From positions 109,344,254 to 109,396,346 of the forward strand of contig NC_068984.1 of NCBI RefSeq assembly GCF_001194135.2: a stretch of 52,093 nucleotides of DNA. Reading direction: 5' to 3'. Shown here in pieces: positions 25,261-39,629 of the stretch. The position numbers were made by a program, and so were the translations under genes. The notes under the pieces were generated by a model, which ran no database searches, was not told where the DNA came from, and saw nothing but the letters and a program-made list of their open reading frames with translations. Every line of letters begins with the position of its first letter. Within the stretch, counting starts at the first letter, position 1. The stretch comes from Octopus bimaculoides. Taxonomy: Eukaryota.

Positions 25261-26039
25261 TAGATATAGATACGTAGATATATATTAATACAGAAATACA
25301 CATACGTTNNNNNNNNNNTATATATATCTTTATGTGTATCTGCGTATATGTATGCATGTATATGAATATATACATACACACAAACATATATTTACATATG
25401 TGTGTCTGAGAATATACTCACATACACACATGCGTATAAGTGTGTTCATTCTCTGGCCATCCTCGGTGTTTGTCATCAATGGTATATCCACACACTCAAC
25501 TAACTAGTTTATTTCGTTAAAATATTATTCAAGGTGTAGGCATAAAGTCTTCTCTCTCACTTTAGTTATCGTTCTGTCTTTCTTTCTTTCAAGTGGCTAT
25601 ACATTTCTACATATCTCTCTATATCTCTATTCACTATACATGGACAGTTGATTAAATTGGCAAAAAGCCTGAGTTTTTTTTCTCTTCTCCTCTCCCTTTC
25701 AGTGATTAAATTATTCATTGGTTAAGTTTTGACAACTGTTTTTTTTTTTTTGTCGACAATGATAGAAATGTAAGAACCACTTATTTGTAAACATAAAAGG
25801 AGAAACCGAAAGAGATGCAAAATAACAAAAATAAATAAACGTAAAAATATATAAATAAAATGTGTGTTGAAACAAATGAACCACAAATATCAAGACAAAT
25901 ATGTAGAGAGGCAGCAAAAATGAGTTTAAGATATTTCCCTTAAATATACTTTTTATAATATACTTTTTGTTGCTTTGAGTGATCTATTATTTCAAAAATT
26001 ATACACACACGTGCGCACATATGTATACATTGTCATATA

Positions 26040-26071
<32 letters not shown>

Positions 26072-26849
26072 NNNNNNNNNNNNNNNNNNNNNNNNNNNNN
26101 NNNNNNNNNNNNNNNNNNNNNNNNNNNNNNNNNNNNNNNNNNNNNNNNNNNNNNNNNNNNNNNNNNNNNNNNNNNNNNNNNNNNNNNNNNNNNNNNNNNN
26201 NNNNNNNNNNNNNNNNNNNNNNNNNNNNNNNNNNNNNNNNNNNNNNNNNNNNNNNNNNNNNNNNNNNNNNNNNNNNNNNNNNNNNNNNNNNNNNNNNNNN
26301 NNNNNNNNNNNNNNNNNNNNNNNNNNNNNNNNNNNNNNNNNNNNNNNNNNNNNNNNNNNNNNNNNNNNNNNNNNNNNNNNNNNNNNNNNNNNNNNNNNNN
26401 NNNNNNNNNNNNNNNNNNNNNNNNNNNNNNNNNNNNNNNNNNNNNNNNNNNNNNNNNNNNNNNNNNNNNNNNNNNNNNNNNNNNNNNNNNNNNNNNNNNN
26501 NNNNNNNNNNNNNNNNNNNNNNNNNNNNNNNNNNNNNNNNNNNNNNNNNNNNNNNNNNNNNNNNNNNNNNNNNNNNNNNNNNNNNNNNNNNNNNNNNNNN
26601 NNNNNNNNNNNNNNNNNNNNNNNNNNNNNNNNNNNNNNNNNNNNNNNNNNNNNNNNNNNNNNNNNNNNNNNNNNNNNNNNNNNNNNNNNNNNNNNNNNNN
26701 NNNNNNNNNNNNNNNNNNNNNNNNNNNNNNNNNNNNNNNNNNNNNNNNNNNNNNNNNNNNNNATATATATATATATATATATATATGTATATTCATGTAT
26801 ATAGGTGTGCGTGTATATGTATATATATATACGCATATATTTGTATATT

Positions 26850-26891
<42 letters not shown>

Positions 26892-27147
26892 CAAAATATG
26901 TGTGTAATATCTGAAATGTGCTTCTCTAGTAGAGGACACTTGATGAGGATTGCAGGTGGAGGAATTGAATGCAAAATTTCATGGCTGGAAATCGGACTTG
27001 CTACCCATACCATTATGTCTGGTCTCTTAAATATATATATATATATATATGCAATGTCCTGTACCCAGAAATGCACCTATATATACAGGTAGACCTAGGT
27101 ATGCAAATACCTGTACGTATATATGCATATACTCATTTATTATTTGT

Positions 27148-27205
<58 letters not shown>

Positions 27206-27579
27206 AACACGCGTATGTGTAAGTTCATTTTTATGTGTTTCATGTAACTTTAAAATAGGTCAATATGAAAGTTTCTTATCGAATATATAATCCATAAATA
27301 TTTTCATATATTTAAAATTTTGTAGGTATTTGTATTAGAGTTTATAACAGCTAATTTCTCTTCCCCTTATATATTTCCACCTTTTCCTTTCATTCGAATG
27401 CTTACAAAACTAAACTTGAATCTCTTATCTCTACACCACAAACTGCAGAAGGTCATTGTATTTGTAGTCAGCAATCTGTTATGAGCAAATGGTACTTTAG
27501 TAACGTAACATGTTTTCGCTAATTCTTTAAGGTGCCTGTCTAGTTCCTAATACTCATTTCCATTAGACGTATCTTTGTA

Positions 27580-27695
27580 GATTGGAGCAACGCGATATGA
27601 AGATCTTTGTTGAAGGACACAATCTACTGCCGGTGTAGGAATTGAATCCACGTCGTTACGATCGTGAGCCAAACATGCTAACCATTAGACTGCGC
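27580..27695 (-). mobile_element. SINE 5' fragment (tRNA-like head plus CORE-like segment)
   Basis: Minus strand gcgcagtctaatggttagcatg...ggattcaattcc...tgtgtccttcaacaaagatcttcatatcgcgttgctccaatc; related to the head at 51850-51980. Confidence 0.65.
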
Positions 27696-28689
27696 TAAAT
27701 ATCTACCTATAATTTCAGATTGTTGATTTTACTGATCTTTAAAGCGTTTATTCCATGTTGGTTCTTTCCTACACAGGCTTCTTTTAAAGTTCTTTTATTT
27801 TTCTTTGGTATTCTTTTCATCATTCTTTCATTTTCTGTTCATCGTTCTCTCGTTTCGATCCAACGGCAGTGACATGTTTCGGGGAAGTGTGATATTTCCC
27901 TCTCTCTCCAAATGCATAACATATTTGAAAGAAATATTTGACCAGTATTAACCCATAACTGATTTTCTACATAAGTAAACAGAATTTAAATATATTTTGC
28001 ATTACTAACTATTTCTACAGTCATCAATATCCTACACAAATTACTTTGCCATATACTTATATGTACATATGTATGTGTGAGTGTATTTATCTATATATGT
28101 GGTCAGTAATTCAATGTATTTTGCACAGCTGTCATGGCCGACAAGATTTCAAATAAATTGTGTTGCTATTAACCAATCTGTGTAAATGTATTTTGTTTGG
28201 TAGATCGTTTTTCATGTAACAGATTTAATTTTTCTTGTAACCCGCTGTTTGCTCAGCATTTGACATGTTGAATATTGAATATCCATATAATTTCCTCACG
28301 AGGCAACATAAAAAAGTAATATACGTATGTGCGTGTGTGTGCGTACGGGCGCGCGTGTGTGCGCGTGCGTATGCGTTTACGTGCATGCATGTGTGTGCTT
28401 ATGTGTGTCTCTGTGTGCATGTGTGTATGTGTTTGAGGGTGTAGCTGTATGTAATGTTTATATGTGTGAGTATATATATGTGTGTATATATATGTATTTG
28501 CATATATATGCACGCATATATATATATACATATATACATATATCTTTAACACACACACACGAATGTATATATATATGTATGTATATATATATATATATAT
28601 GTATGCATGTATGCATGTATGTATATGTATATACAGAAAGGATAGCGAAGAATCCTATCTCAGAGTGATCTCAAACACTTCCATTAAAA

Positions 28690-29115
28690 AGAGAAGGCAG
28701 AGAAAAGAATCAGAGCTGTAAAAAATGTAAAAACAAATCCTAATCCCTTCTATACATTTGCAAATGCGTCTGCTTCAGTACGATACAAAGTAAAGCCACT
28801 GTTTGAGTAAAATGGCTCACAGGCTGCAGACCCGTAGAGAATAATTGAAATGTGCTATACAAAACTGAATGTGCAATACAAAATAATTTTCTCAACTATG
28901 TTGGAACACTTGCAAATAACTATGTCTGATGAGTCCTTTGGCTCCACATCTCAACACAGAGAGATGGCAAGTATTGGTTTCATCGAAATAGAGGAAGCTG
29001 ACATGTCAACCATTGATGCAAGAGTTTAAACTCATCCCCAGGCCCTGATGAATTCGCAGCGATACTCCTAAAGCAATGCAAACGAACTCTAATAAAACCA
29101 CTGCAGATCCTGGAA
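28690..29115 (+). mobile_element. Decayed CR1/L2-group LINE ORF2 fragment (endonuclease-RT linker to start of RT)
   Basis: RIRAVKNVKTNPNPFYTFAN...KVKPLFE*NG...DP, then SSPGPDEFAAILLKQCKRTLIKPLQIL (PGPD motif); stops and frameshifts present. Confidence 0.65.
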
Positions 29116-29417
29116 TTGCAACCTCAATGCTTGCCTAGCTTACAAGGTGAGTCTAGATTAGATACTAATTCTTTTAAACACTTTCTGACAACTGTCAGTA
29201 TCAGGGCTGTCACAGTAGCTTTATAAACCCTGGGCAAGTCAATTCACTGGCCAAAATAACATTTTTTTTTAAAATTGAAAATTAGCCAAAACATACATAG
29301 GGCCCATAGACCAGTGAAATTTTTGAGCAACTGCCCAGTGTGCTCAGGTATTAAGATTCCTTGGCCGGAGTTGATTATCAAATTTTGTATGGAACCAGTT
29401 GGTAATTTATAATAAGA

Positions 29418-29434
29418 AGTAGTAATAGTAGTAA

Positions 29435-29525
<91 letters not shown>

Positions 29526-29536
29526 TGTAGTAGTTG

Positions 29537-29607
<71 letters not shown>

Positions 29608-29632
29608 ATAATAATAATAATAATAATAATAA
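29418..29632. repeat. (AGT)n followed by its reverse complement (ACT)n, then (AAT)n
   Basis: Strand switch at GTAC (29536-29539). Confidence 0.95.
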
Positions 29633-29950
29633 ATGCCCTGGATGCAGTACCAGGCAGTGGCTCTCATGGCTTCTGATCTTAATTGATTGGAAGTGTTATC
29701 ATTTACATTGTTTTGTCTTGGTATAACAACATGGGCTACAGCAAATATTCTGCTTAATACCACAGATTTACTTGTCAGTTGTTCAGTTGTTTGACCTTAA
29801 ACCAGTTGAGCATGTCCCTTGGTGGCTGACAATATGTGCATCTCTGATCACGAGCAGAAGTAGTGGGGGAGCATCATAGTCATGTGTTGAGAGGAATTCT
29901 TTGGAGTTTGAATAATTCACCTTTGGAACCATGTGTGTTTTGCTCAACAT
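29633..29950. mobile_element. Non-coding interspersed element E, copy 1 (truncated on the right), starting directly at an (AAT)n array
   Basis: Aligns over about 300 bp with 35484-35790 (gcagtgg.tctcatggcttctgatctta...caaatattctgct.aataccacagattt...gcatcatag.catgtgttgagagga). Confidence 0.85.
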
Positions 29951-30143
29951 CTGTTATGTTTCAGGCTTCTGCTATCTAGCACCTTCGGATGATCTCTACT
30001 CAACCGATACACAACTGCTACTCAGTTTTTTCTAGTTGTAGATAGGTGCCATTCACCTGCTAGGAAAATACTAATGTTCTAAGTACCCTTAGCACTGTAA
30101 TATTCATAAGTGTGTTACAGTCTTCATCAAAGTAATAATTGTA

Positions 30144-30360
30144 CAGGGAATCACATAAAAACCACTTATATTTTACATAACCATTTGTATGGCGCTGACG
30201 AACTTAGCCATATGGTATCGGTGTTCTCATGAAGCTAATGTTTTATCATTTTTTCGAATTACACTTATGGTTTCAAACAATGTACAGCGTGCATTTACTG
30301 TTGAAACCCTTATTAAAACTGGCGAATCTGGGCGGCTTTTTCGCTGCACCATGTATGACT
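30144..30360 (+). mobile_element. 5' end of a Tc1/mariner element (TIR start plus transposase N-terminus, DUF4817-like HTH)
   Basis: TA|CAGGG at 30142-30148; ATG at 30267 gives MVSNNVQRAFTVETLIKTGES, matching the (H)RAF.VETF.KTGES N-terminal motif (recalled). Confidence 0.5.
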
Positions 30361-32044
30361 TGGATAGGTGAATAAGTGGACATTATCTATTTCTATAAAA
30401 GCAATATCATCTATGAACACTATAGCAACAATTAGAATAAATAACAGGTCGGTTAGGGTTAACGCTTTTAGTATCTAAAATTTAACCAGAAACAAATATG
30501 GTGTGCAAAAAATCGCAAAAGCAATATTATTCATTGAGTAGTATTCCTTGTAATTTTTGGAAGTCATGGAAGACAACTCGAGATACGTTTAGTTTTTATT
30601 CTGACCTCTTCAACGAAGCGTTATCATCATACTTGATGGAAGCTGATGAATGAATTAAGGTTACATATGAGATTGTTTATTCCTTAGCTGAGTAAAATAG
30701 AATTGTTTACAATTTAAATAATTAAAGATACCAATCGTATGACTATTAACGATAACATATTTAATATATGAATAGACAGAAAGCTAAAACAAATTAGATA
30801 TACATGATAAATATATTGACAAAATTCAGATAATAATTAAACAAACAATATTGATGATTAATATTATTTTAGTTTTTATGATAAGAATGGAATAAAATTC
30901 CAAAAACTTTTTGGTTTATTAAAACCACTTAATTCATATGGGATACGAACAACAGTCTAGCGTTAGGTACATAATAAAGTTTTCTCAGGAGCCAATTTAC
31001 AACCCTGTGGTTTGTGCACTTTATCAGAGAGTTAGATTTTCTGTATTGTTGTGAGTTGGTGAAAAGGTATAAAGTAAGCCATCGAAAGAAATTGTATCTA
31101 TGTAAAGAAGTACGCGATTTAAAATGTGTCATATATTATGAGGCCAGTGGTATAACACTTATAAAGTTAAGCAGACGATAACAGTATCCTTCATGTATTT
31201 CATGTTGTGCCACTGTTTTCCATTTGGGGTTATCGTTGCGTCAGCTTCAACCCTATTTTAAAACTTTGTCAAGAATATTAAAGCTGGAGTATTTTTGACT
31301 AAACGATCATCAGGAAAAAAAGGGAGAAAAAACTGTGATTAGAATCTAAGAAATGATTTGAATTACTTTAAGAAAATTTATGTTACCAAAAGAACGAAAT
31401 CAAAATAGTCGTTTCTAGATTAATTATGGATATTTAATTTTATAAAAAGGATTAAAAAAAGGTAAGTATTCGGAAAAAAAAAACTGAAGAAAAATGTTTT
31501 ATGTCGGATGACATATACTTTTTATGAAAAGTGAAGATATAAGCGTTTAAAATGTAAAATACATAAACCTAACAAACAAAAGTAACATAAAAATCCCACC
31601 ACCCACAAAAAAAAAAAACGACGAGAAAGCAAACAAAAACAGAAACATTTATTTATTGGTAAACAAAATTTCATCTAATGTAACTAATGTTCTATTCCAA
31701 AGTAAACAACATAAAAAAGGACTACAAATATCGAATCCAACTATAAACAAAAAAGAGTCACACAAAATTAAACTATCACTGGAAAAAATGGATAAACTAC
31801 TCTAGATATTCAAATTTAGAATTAAACACAAAAATCAAGCCGATGCGTATATACAAACATATAAGAAGAATACAAAAATTTAAAAAAGAAAATATGAGGT
31901 TAAAAAAGTTCAAAAAATGAAGGGTAAAAGATGGTCATCTTTCATTAAGATTCAAGAGATAATTACTTTTGATAATGAGTTTTATAGAAAACAAAGGGTG
32001 TTTACTAAATTATGTACCTTGCTATTTTTTTTTATTTTAATACT

Positions 32045-32311
32045 TATATATATATATATATATACATATATGTATAATGTATACTTATATACATAGATGT
32101 ATACTATATTTACATATATAAATATATAAATGTATATGTGTATATACTATATTTATGTATATAAATATATAAATGTATATATGTATATATATATATATAT
32201 ATATACAAATACTATGTTTACATATATATATATATGTAAACGTATATAAACATACATGTGTATATATATATGCATATGTATATCTATACACACATATATA
32301 TAAATATATAT

Positions 32312-32350
<39 letters not shown>

Positions 32351-32410
32351 CCTACACTTATACATATATATGTATATATGTATGTAAACGTATATACATC
32401 CATATATAAA
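32045..32410. repeat. Degenerate (AT)n/(ACAT)n array
   Basis: Direct observation. Confidence 0.95.
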
Positions 32411-33024
32411 GTTCATAAATTTACTGACAGACAGCCAAAGTAGATAAATGAATAGATAAATATTTGAAGAAATATAAATATAATGTATATGGGGAGAGAG
32501 TGAGAGGGAAAGAAAAAAACGCTGTTAATATTTTAAAAGACACAGTAAACAAAAAAAAAAAAAGAAAAACGCAACAAATGTGACAGAAAAAATAACAAAG
32601 AGAAAAAATAACGAATGAACAATAGAATGAGACGAGACAGTAAGGAACGAGGTAGAATAAGCAGACAAGGGAATAAAGGGAGACACACGAAACGTGAAAA
32701 AAGGAAAAAAGTATACAAAAAAGCAGATAAGAGCTGTAATTCCAGTGAAAAATATACATAACCCCAAACATTTACACATCAAGCCAACCCACACACATAA
32801 AGGCAAATATGAAAATATAAAAAAAAACAATGAGAAGTGTGACAAAGAAAATTTATTTCCAATTATTGATTGTTTAAAGTGAAATTTTGATAACTGGGAA
32901 GATAGTTACTTGTATTGAACTACAACAAGAACAACAACAAGTACTACTACTGCTACTACTACTGCTGACTGAGGCGACAGAGACACAGAACAACTAGATA
33001 CAAAGCGTAAAAATATATAAAAAA

Positions 33025-33645
<621 letters not shown>

Positions 33646-34034
33646 GTGTGTGGGAGTAGGCGTGTGTTTACTATTATAAATTCAAGTATGTATATTCCGA
33701 AATCTATTTATTTGCCAAATGATATCCTCTGAGACTATGTAGAAATTGAATCAACAACATTGTACAAGAGGCATTTTGGCCATATAAGGGCACACAACAT
33801 TGTTTATTTCTTGCAGTGACAAAATGGTCATTGCCTTTATGTAGCCTGATTACTAACATCATTCAACTGTAACTTTTTAATATTAGTCGGTAGTATGTTC
33901 TTCTTGACCTCAGACATGTAGATGTTTGGTGGTGTTGTTTAATCTTTTGACTTGGAGCACCGTTAGTCACTTCTATGTTCACTTTCTTTCTTTACACACA
34001 CACACACAAAAAAAACAAGTATATATATATATAT

Positions 34035-34320
34035 GATACATTCTCCCGTCGATGACAACGTATGAGTGTTCAGCTTTTGCCAAACGACCTGTACATATGA
34101 TTTGTTTATAGTAATCAAATGTTCGTGCTGCACATTAGCTCACTCTCTCCATCAAATTGATGTTGTCTGAACAGATGCACTGTATACCATGAATCAGATA
34201 TCGAAGTAATTGCAGAGCAATGTGAGATGAAGTGTTTTGCTCAAGAACACAACGCCCCACTCGGTCTAGGAATTGAAATCACGATCGCTATATTGATAGT
34301 AGTTCTACCACATGCCACTT
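34035..34320 (-). mobile_element. SINE with C-type head (gcgttgtgttcttgagcaaaacacttcat) and a different body
   Basis: 34227-34300 reads ...atttcaattcctagaccg...gcgttgtgttcttgagcaaaacacttcat on the minus strand; the body does not match family C. Confidence 0.55.
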
Positions 34321-34629
34321 ATAGTTTTGTAGGCTACTTACAGAAACCTAGCTTGTCGGGCCCAGTTAACTTAATGGAAACAATACAGGAATCCAAGATG
34401 TCTACAGCAAACTGGACTATCATTGGTGGAGGTAGATCTCATGTCAGTGGTGAAAGCGGAACTTAGAAGGAAGATCGACGCTCCATGGACAATACATAAG
34501 CAAAAATATTCCTAATTATATCGAAATATGATTTGTTATCGCGATTTAAGTGCTTGCGAAATACCTTTAGGAAATGTGTTTATCATTTAGCCAATTAGGT
34601 TTCAAGAGCAGCTATCGGACGGTGACAAT

Positions 34630-34790
34630 GTTGAGGCACTTCCATGAAGAGTTTAGTCGAATATACTTAGCCTAGTATTTATTTCTTAAGCTTTGTTCGT
34701 ATTCTGTCGGTTCTGTCCCTAGATCGCTAAGTTACGTACACGTAAAAGACCAACACCGCTTATGAGGGAGAACACACATACATACATGCA
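34630..34790 (-). mobile_element. Old diverged SINE family A 3' fragment
   Basis: tttagtcgaa...cctagtatttattt...attctgtcggt...cgctaagttacg...cgtaaaagaccaacacc. Confidence 0.55.
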
Positions 34791-34840
34791 TAAATACATG
34801 CATGCATGCATACACACACACGCACACACATATATACATA

Positions 34841-34985
34841 CATCGACCCCAATGTGCAAATGATTATTTCATTGACCCTGAAAAGATGAAAGTGAATGTC
34901 GACCTCAGTGAGAATTGAACTTAGAACATAAATAAGCTAAGCATTTTGGCTGATATGCTAACGATTCTGCAAAGCTCAACGCCTT
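34841..34985 (-). mobile_element. SINE family B (diverged)
   Basis: catcgacccc...gaccctgaaaagatgaaag...gtcgacctc...gaattgaacttagaac...ctaacgattctgc. Confidence 0.8.
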
Positions 34986-35010
34986 AATAATGACGTTAAT
35001 TTTAATAAAC

Positions 35011-35212
35011 CATTCTGTTGTAGGCACAAGGCCTGAAATTTGTGTGGTACGAGGTTTGTTGTTACATCGATCCCTGTGCTGAACTGGTACTTATTGTATC
35101 GACCCCAAAAGTATCAAAGGCAAAGTAGACCTCAATGGAATTTGAACTCAGTACATAAAGACGAACGGAATGCTGCTAAGAATTTTTCTCGTCGTGCTAA
35201 TGTCTTTGCCAG
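35011..35212 (-). mobile_element. SINE family B, in tandem with the previous copy
   Basis: taggcacaaggcctgaaattt...ttacatcgatcc...gtacttattgtatcgacccc...ggcaaagtagacctc...aatttgaactcag. Confidence 0.85.
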
Positions 35213-35436
35213 TACGTTATCTACGACTGTCTGAATAAAATTGGAATGAGTGCAAGGTTACAGGTCATGCTGAAGACAGCACTTCTTGTTACCGTAAGAG
35301 TTTAAGGAAAGTAAGGCACAAGAGAGGAAGCAGTTAGGGACCATTGTCAACGTGTTGACTCCTTCATAATTGAAATGTCCGGACCGTTTAAAATCTAAGT
35401 GTCTAAGATTTACAAAAATGAATAATGGTAATAATC

Positions 35437-35483
<47 letters not shown>

Positions 35484-35485
<2 letters not shown>

Positions 35486-36020
35486 GCAGTGGGTCTCATG
35501 GCTTCTGATCTTAAATGGTTGGATGTGTTATCCTGTACATGTTTTTCCTTGGTATAAAAGATGGGCTACAACAAATATTCTGCTCAATACCACAGATTTG
35601 CTTGCTAGTTGCTTGACATTAACCAGTTGAACATGTCACTAATTGGCTGACGATATGCGCATCTCTGATCATGACCAGTAGTAGTAAATGAGCATCATAG
35701 CCATGTGTTGAGAGGAGTTCTTTTGAGTTTGAATAATTCACTCCTGGAAACATGGGCGTTTCGTTTATCATCCGTAAACAAACCTTCTTCAGAGACCTTT
35801 TGATTAGGTTGGGCTACTCGACCTGAAGAAAATTATATCTGGACCCCATCTGCAAGGCCATGCGCTATTTATGTTGATATGAGATCACCATGTCGCGCAC
35901 AGATGATTGTGATGCATGGCCCTGGTGTACCCTTATCACACGGGTAGCCATGGTTTATATATTGGGCTTCGTACATCTGTACTCCAACGTCATTTTGATG
36001 GCATGCGCTGCTTTCTCACT
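35484..36020. mobile_element. Non-coding interspersed element E, copy 2 (~540 bp), flanked by (AAT)n on both sides
   Basis: Homologous to 29655-29950; (AAT)n at 35425-35483 and 36021-36096. Confidence 0.85.
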
Positions 36021-36034
36021 TAATAATAATGATG

Positions 36035-36096
<62 letters not shown>

Positions 36097-38074
36097 CAAA
36101 GACTTTATAAACCTTCCTGCTACCAAAGAACAATCGAAACAACGAATACAACTGAAAGTCCAACAGCTTAGAAGGCTTAACAAAAAATCAAATTTTGTCG
36201 ATAAAACAAGATATTCAAGACGGATGCAAAGAAATTGATAGGGAAATTGACAAAAGTAAAATAGAAGTAAAGGAGCCAGGTAACACTGAGGAAATGGAAG
36301 AGTTCTGAAAAAAGATATGGAGCAACAAAAAAGAATATTATGATAAAGCAGACTGGATAGAGCATGAGAAAGGGAAACTGGATGAAGTTGAAGAGGAGAA
36401 ATGAGAGGCAATAGAAATAGAAGGGCTAAGATGTGTTCTTAGGAAGTCTCACAAACGTAAAAATCCAGGACTGGACCGAATTTCTAACATCTGGCTAAAT
36501 TGTCTGACAGAAGTACACCAAAAATTTTGTTGGATCTCTAACTGGTGTAATCCAGAACCCAGAGCAAATACCTGCCTGGCTGACCGAAGGAACAAAATAC
36601 CTTCTGCCAAAAACTGAAGACATGAAAATATCAAAAAAACTGCTGACCAATAACATTTTTCAATACCACCTACAAAATTCTCACATCCATATTAATTGAC
36701 AGAATATACGCTTTCTTTGAACAAAGATCTATCCTTCCACAAGCTCAAAAAGGCTGTAAAAGGAATACTTATGAGTACAAAGATCAATTACTCGTAAGTA
36801 AAATGATTGTAGAGAATTACCAGAGCAAAAAGAAGACCCTGAGTATGGCATGGACATGCCACGGGAAAGCGTTTGATAGTGTCCCACATAATTGGATACT
36901 CAAGGCCCTTGAAATATAAAAGATCTCTCCTGTCATCTCCAAATTCTTACAAAGTTGCATGGCCAAGTGGAACACACGTTTCCTTCTAAACCATAGTAAT
37001 GAGATGAGCTAAACAAACAAAATCAACATCGAAAGCAGCAACTTTCATTGTGACTTCCTCTCTCCCATTACTCTTTTGCATTGCACTGATTCCACTCTCA
37101 AACATACTAAATAACACCAGGTATGGATTCAAAGTTTACAATACGACAATAAACCATCTGTTTTATATGGACGATCTGAAGCTGTTTGCGAGAAATTAGG
37201 AAGAGCTAGCAGGACTGATAACAACTGTTAAAGAATTCAGTAATGACATTGGGATGGACTTTCGCCATGGTAAGTGTACTAAAACAACTTTTGTAAGAGG
37301 CAAGCTCGGGAAAAAAGCTTCCATTAAACTAGATACCAACACTACCATCAAGTAGCTTAACCCACAAGTAAATTACAAATACCTGGGGATAAACGAAGGA
37401 GATAATGTATAACGTGTTACCATGAACGAAAAAAACAAGAGAGGAATATTACAGGAGAATAAGACTAATAATAAAAACTGAACTCAACTAAAAAAAATCG
37501 CATCGTAGCCATTAACTCCCTGGCACTTCCAGTAGTTCAATATAGTTTTAACATCATTAACTGGAATCTTACAGAGCTCCAACGCCTGGACAGGAAAACA
37601 ATAAAACTACTAATTTCTAAGAACATGCACCACCCAAAAGCAGATATTAATCGTCTGCACCTACCGAGAAGTAATGGGGAAAGAGGAATAATGCAGGTAG
37701 AACTGTGCTATAAGACCTCCACAATAGCAATGAACAGTTACTTATCCAGTACAGAGGACCGGACACTGCAGCTTGTGTGCAAACACGAAAGCAGCAAAAA
37801 AATATATGGAAAAGTAAGGCATTGCCTTGCAAATACCCAACAAGGGGTAGCGATCTTGATACCGATGCAGATATGATCCAACAATGGTTAGCTGCATCTG
37901 GACTTAAATCAGAAATAGAAGGCTTGATTTTAGCAGCTCAGGATTAGTGTCTGTCAACCAGAAACTACCGATGCTGCCTGCTGCTTTTGTGGTGCATTCA
38001 GAGAGGAGACAATTGACCACCTTATCTCTGGGTGCTCTGTGTTAACCTCATACGAATATATTAATCGTCAAAAT
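36097..38074 (+). mobile_element. Decayed, 5'-truncated R4/Dong-clade non-LTR retrotransposon (RT plus zinc-knuckle region; RLE endonuclease missing)
   Basis: Collinear motifs across frameshifts: F*KKIWSN..ADWI, KNPGLDRISNIWL, PAWLTEG..YLLPK, QKGCKR..KDQLL, KAFDSVPHNWI, SPLLFCIALIPLS, NHLFYMDDLKLFA (YMDD at 37164-37175), YKYLGI, HHPKADINRLHLPRSNGERG, QQWL...EGLILAAQD, EETIDHLISGC, EYINRQN. Confidence 0.9.
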
Positions 38075-38228
38075 CGATCCCCAGTGCTCAGCTAGTACTA
38101 TTTTATCGACTTCAAAATAATAAAGTCAAACTCGGCAAGAATTTGATCTCAGAACGTAAAGGACGAAATACTGTTAAGCATTTTGTACGGCATGCCAACA
38201 CTAAAGATTCTGCCAGCTCACCGCCTTA
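38072..38228 (-). mobile_element. SINE family B at the 3' break of the Dong element
   Basis: cgatccccagtgctcagctagtactattttatcgac...aatttgatctcagaacgtaaag...ctgccagctcaccgcctt. Confidence 0.85.
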
Positions 38229-39629
38229 ATAAAAACAAAAACAACAAGATCACAACAACAGAAACACAAAAACAACAACAAAAACAACAACAATAATAGT
38301 GAAAAACTAATGCACACAATTAAAACGGCAGCTAAAACCTACCACGACATTATAAATGTTTTTCTCTGGAGTATTACATCAATATATTTGCGTGTGATGT
38401 ATTTATTTACGATGTAGAATTAACTGACACAACACAAGACATTAGTCTAGACAGAATTGATTCACTTAGTTAAACTTTCACTTCATATTGATTTTAGATT
38501 TGATTCGATCAAAGACCAACATCGTTTTTGCTGTTTTAAAGGCGAGTGCTACAGTTACAGTTGATGGAACTGATCCCCCCACCTAGTAAAATAATGATTT
38601 ATTATTGAAGAACACAATAAATAGTTGAAAAAAAAAAGAGGGGGCTATGTAATCAATATAATTAATATTATCTCAGGGCATTGCTGTTAGAGCTAATTTA
38701 AAAAAAAAAGAATCTACGTCAAAGTGATGAAAATCTGTGTAGACCTAGAGACTTTCGCAAAAGCAAACTTTGTACTGGAACTATGAGAGGATTTAGTATT
38801 ACAAAACATTAGCCCTATGCTCTGTAATTATTGTCGCATCCCCTATCACGGTGTATTAGTAAAAATAGTGATTTCGAAAACAATTCCAAGGCCACAAACG
38901 TTAGGACGTAAGATATAATTAATTACTTCTACTCTCAATTCTAAATTTGTATTTATTTTATCGTTCTATGTAGGATGGCTTGCTATATCAACCACAACGG
39001 TATTTTAGAATCAGAAGGGAAAGGAATCTATCTTAATACGACAACGCATTTCCTCCTGCGGTTTACTAATTTTGTTAATGTAATGTCTCTTGTTTGTTAA
39101 AACCAATATCAGTGATGTGATGTAAGATTTAAACAGAAAGAAAATTAAATGTTGATTATTTAACGAAAAGCTTGACATATTCTATTAACTATCTACAACC
39201 ATTTGGTCCTTTTGTAGTCATTCTTTTCGTTGTATAAAGAGCAGATATTTTGTGGAAGACCACAGTCGTTGAAATCAGTTTCAACATTAGAGATGTTTCA
39301 CAAGTTTATACTTGTCTTTGAATTCAGAAGTGCAGAGGCGCCACAAGGTTGGTTCCTGCAAAAGTTTAAACTAGTACATTTAGCATTTCGTTTATCAATG
39401 CCCAATGTTCCTTTAAATGAACTTTTGTCTGTTTAAGTTGGTATGACATATTTCTCCTTCACATATATCGTGCATTGTTTATGCGATTGTACCATTTTAG
39501 GACCTACAGTCATTCTTGTATTAAGTTATTAATAATTCTTGTATTAAGTTTATTAAGTTATTAAGAAGCATTAGAAGTAAGTTTAAGAAAAACGTTATTT
39601 TTTGGGTGTTCTTGAAATAATCGTGTCTG

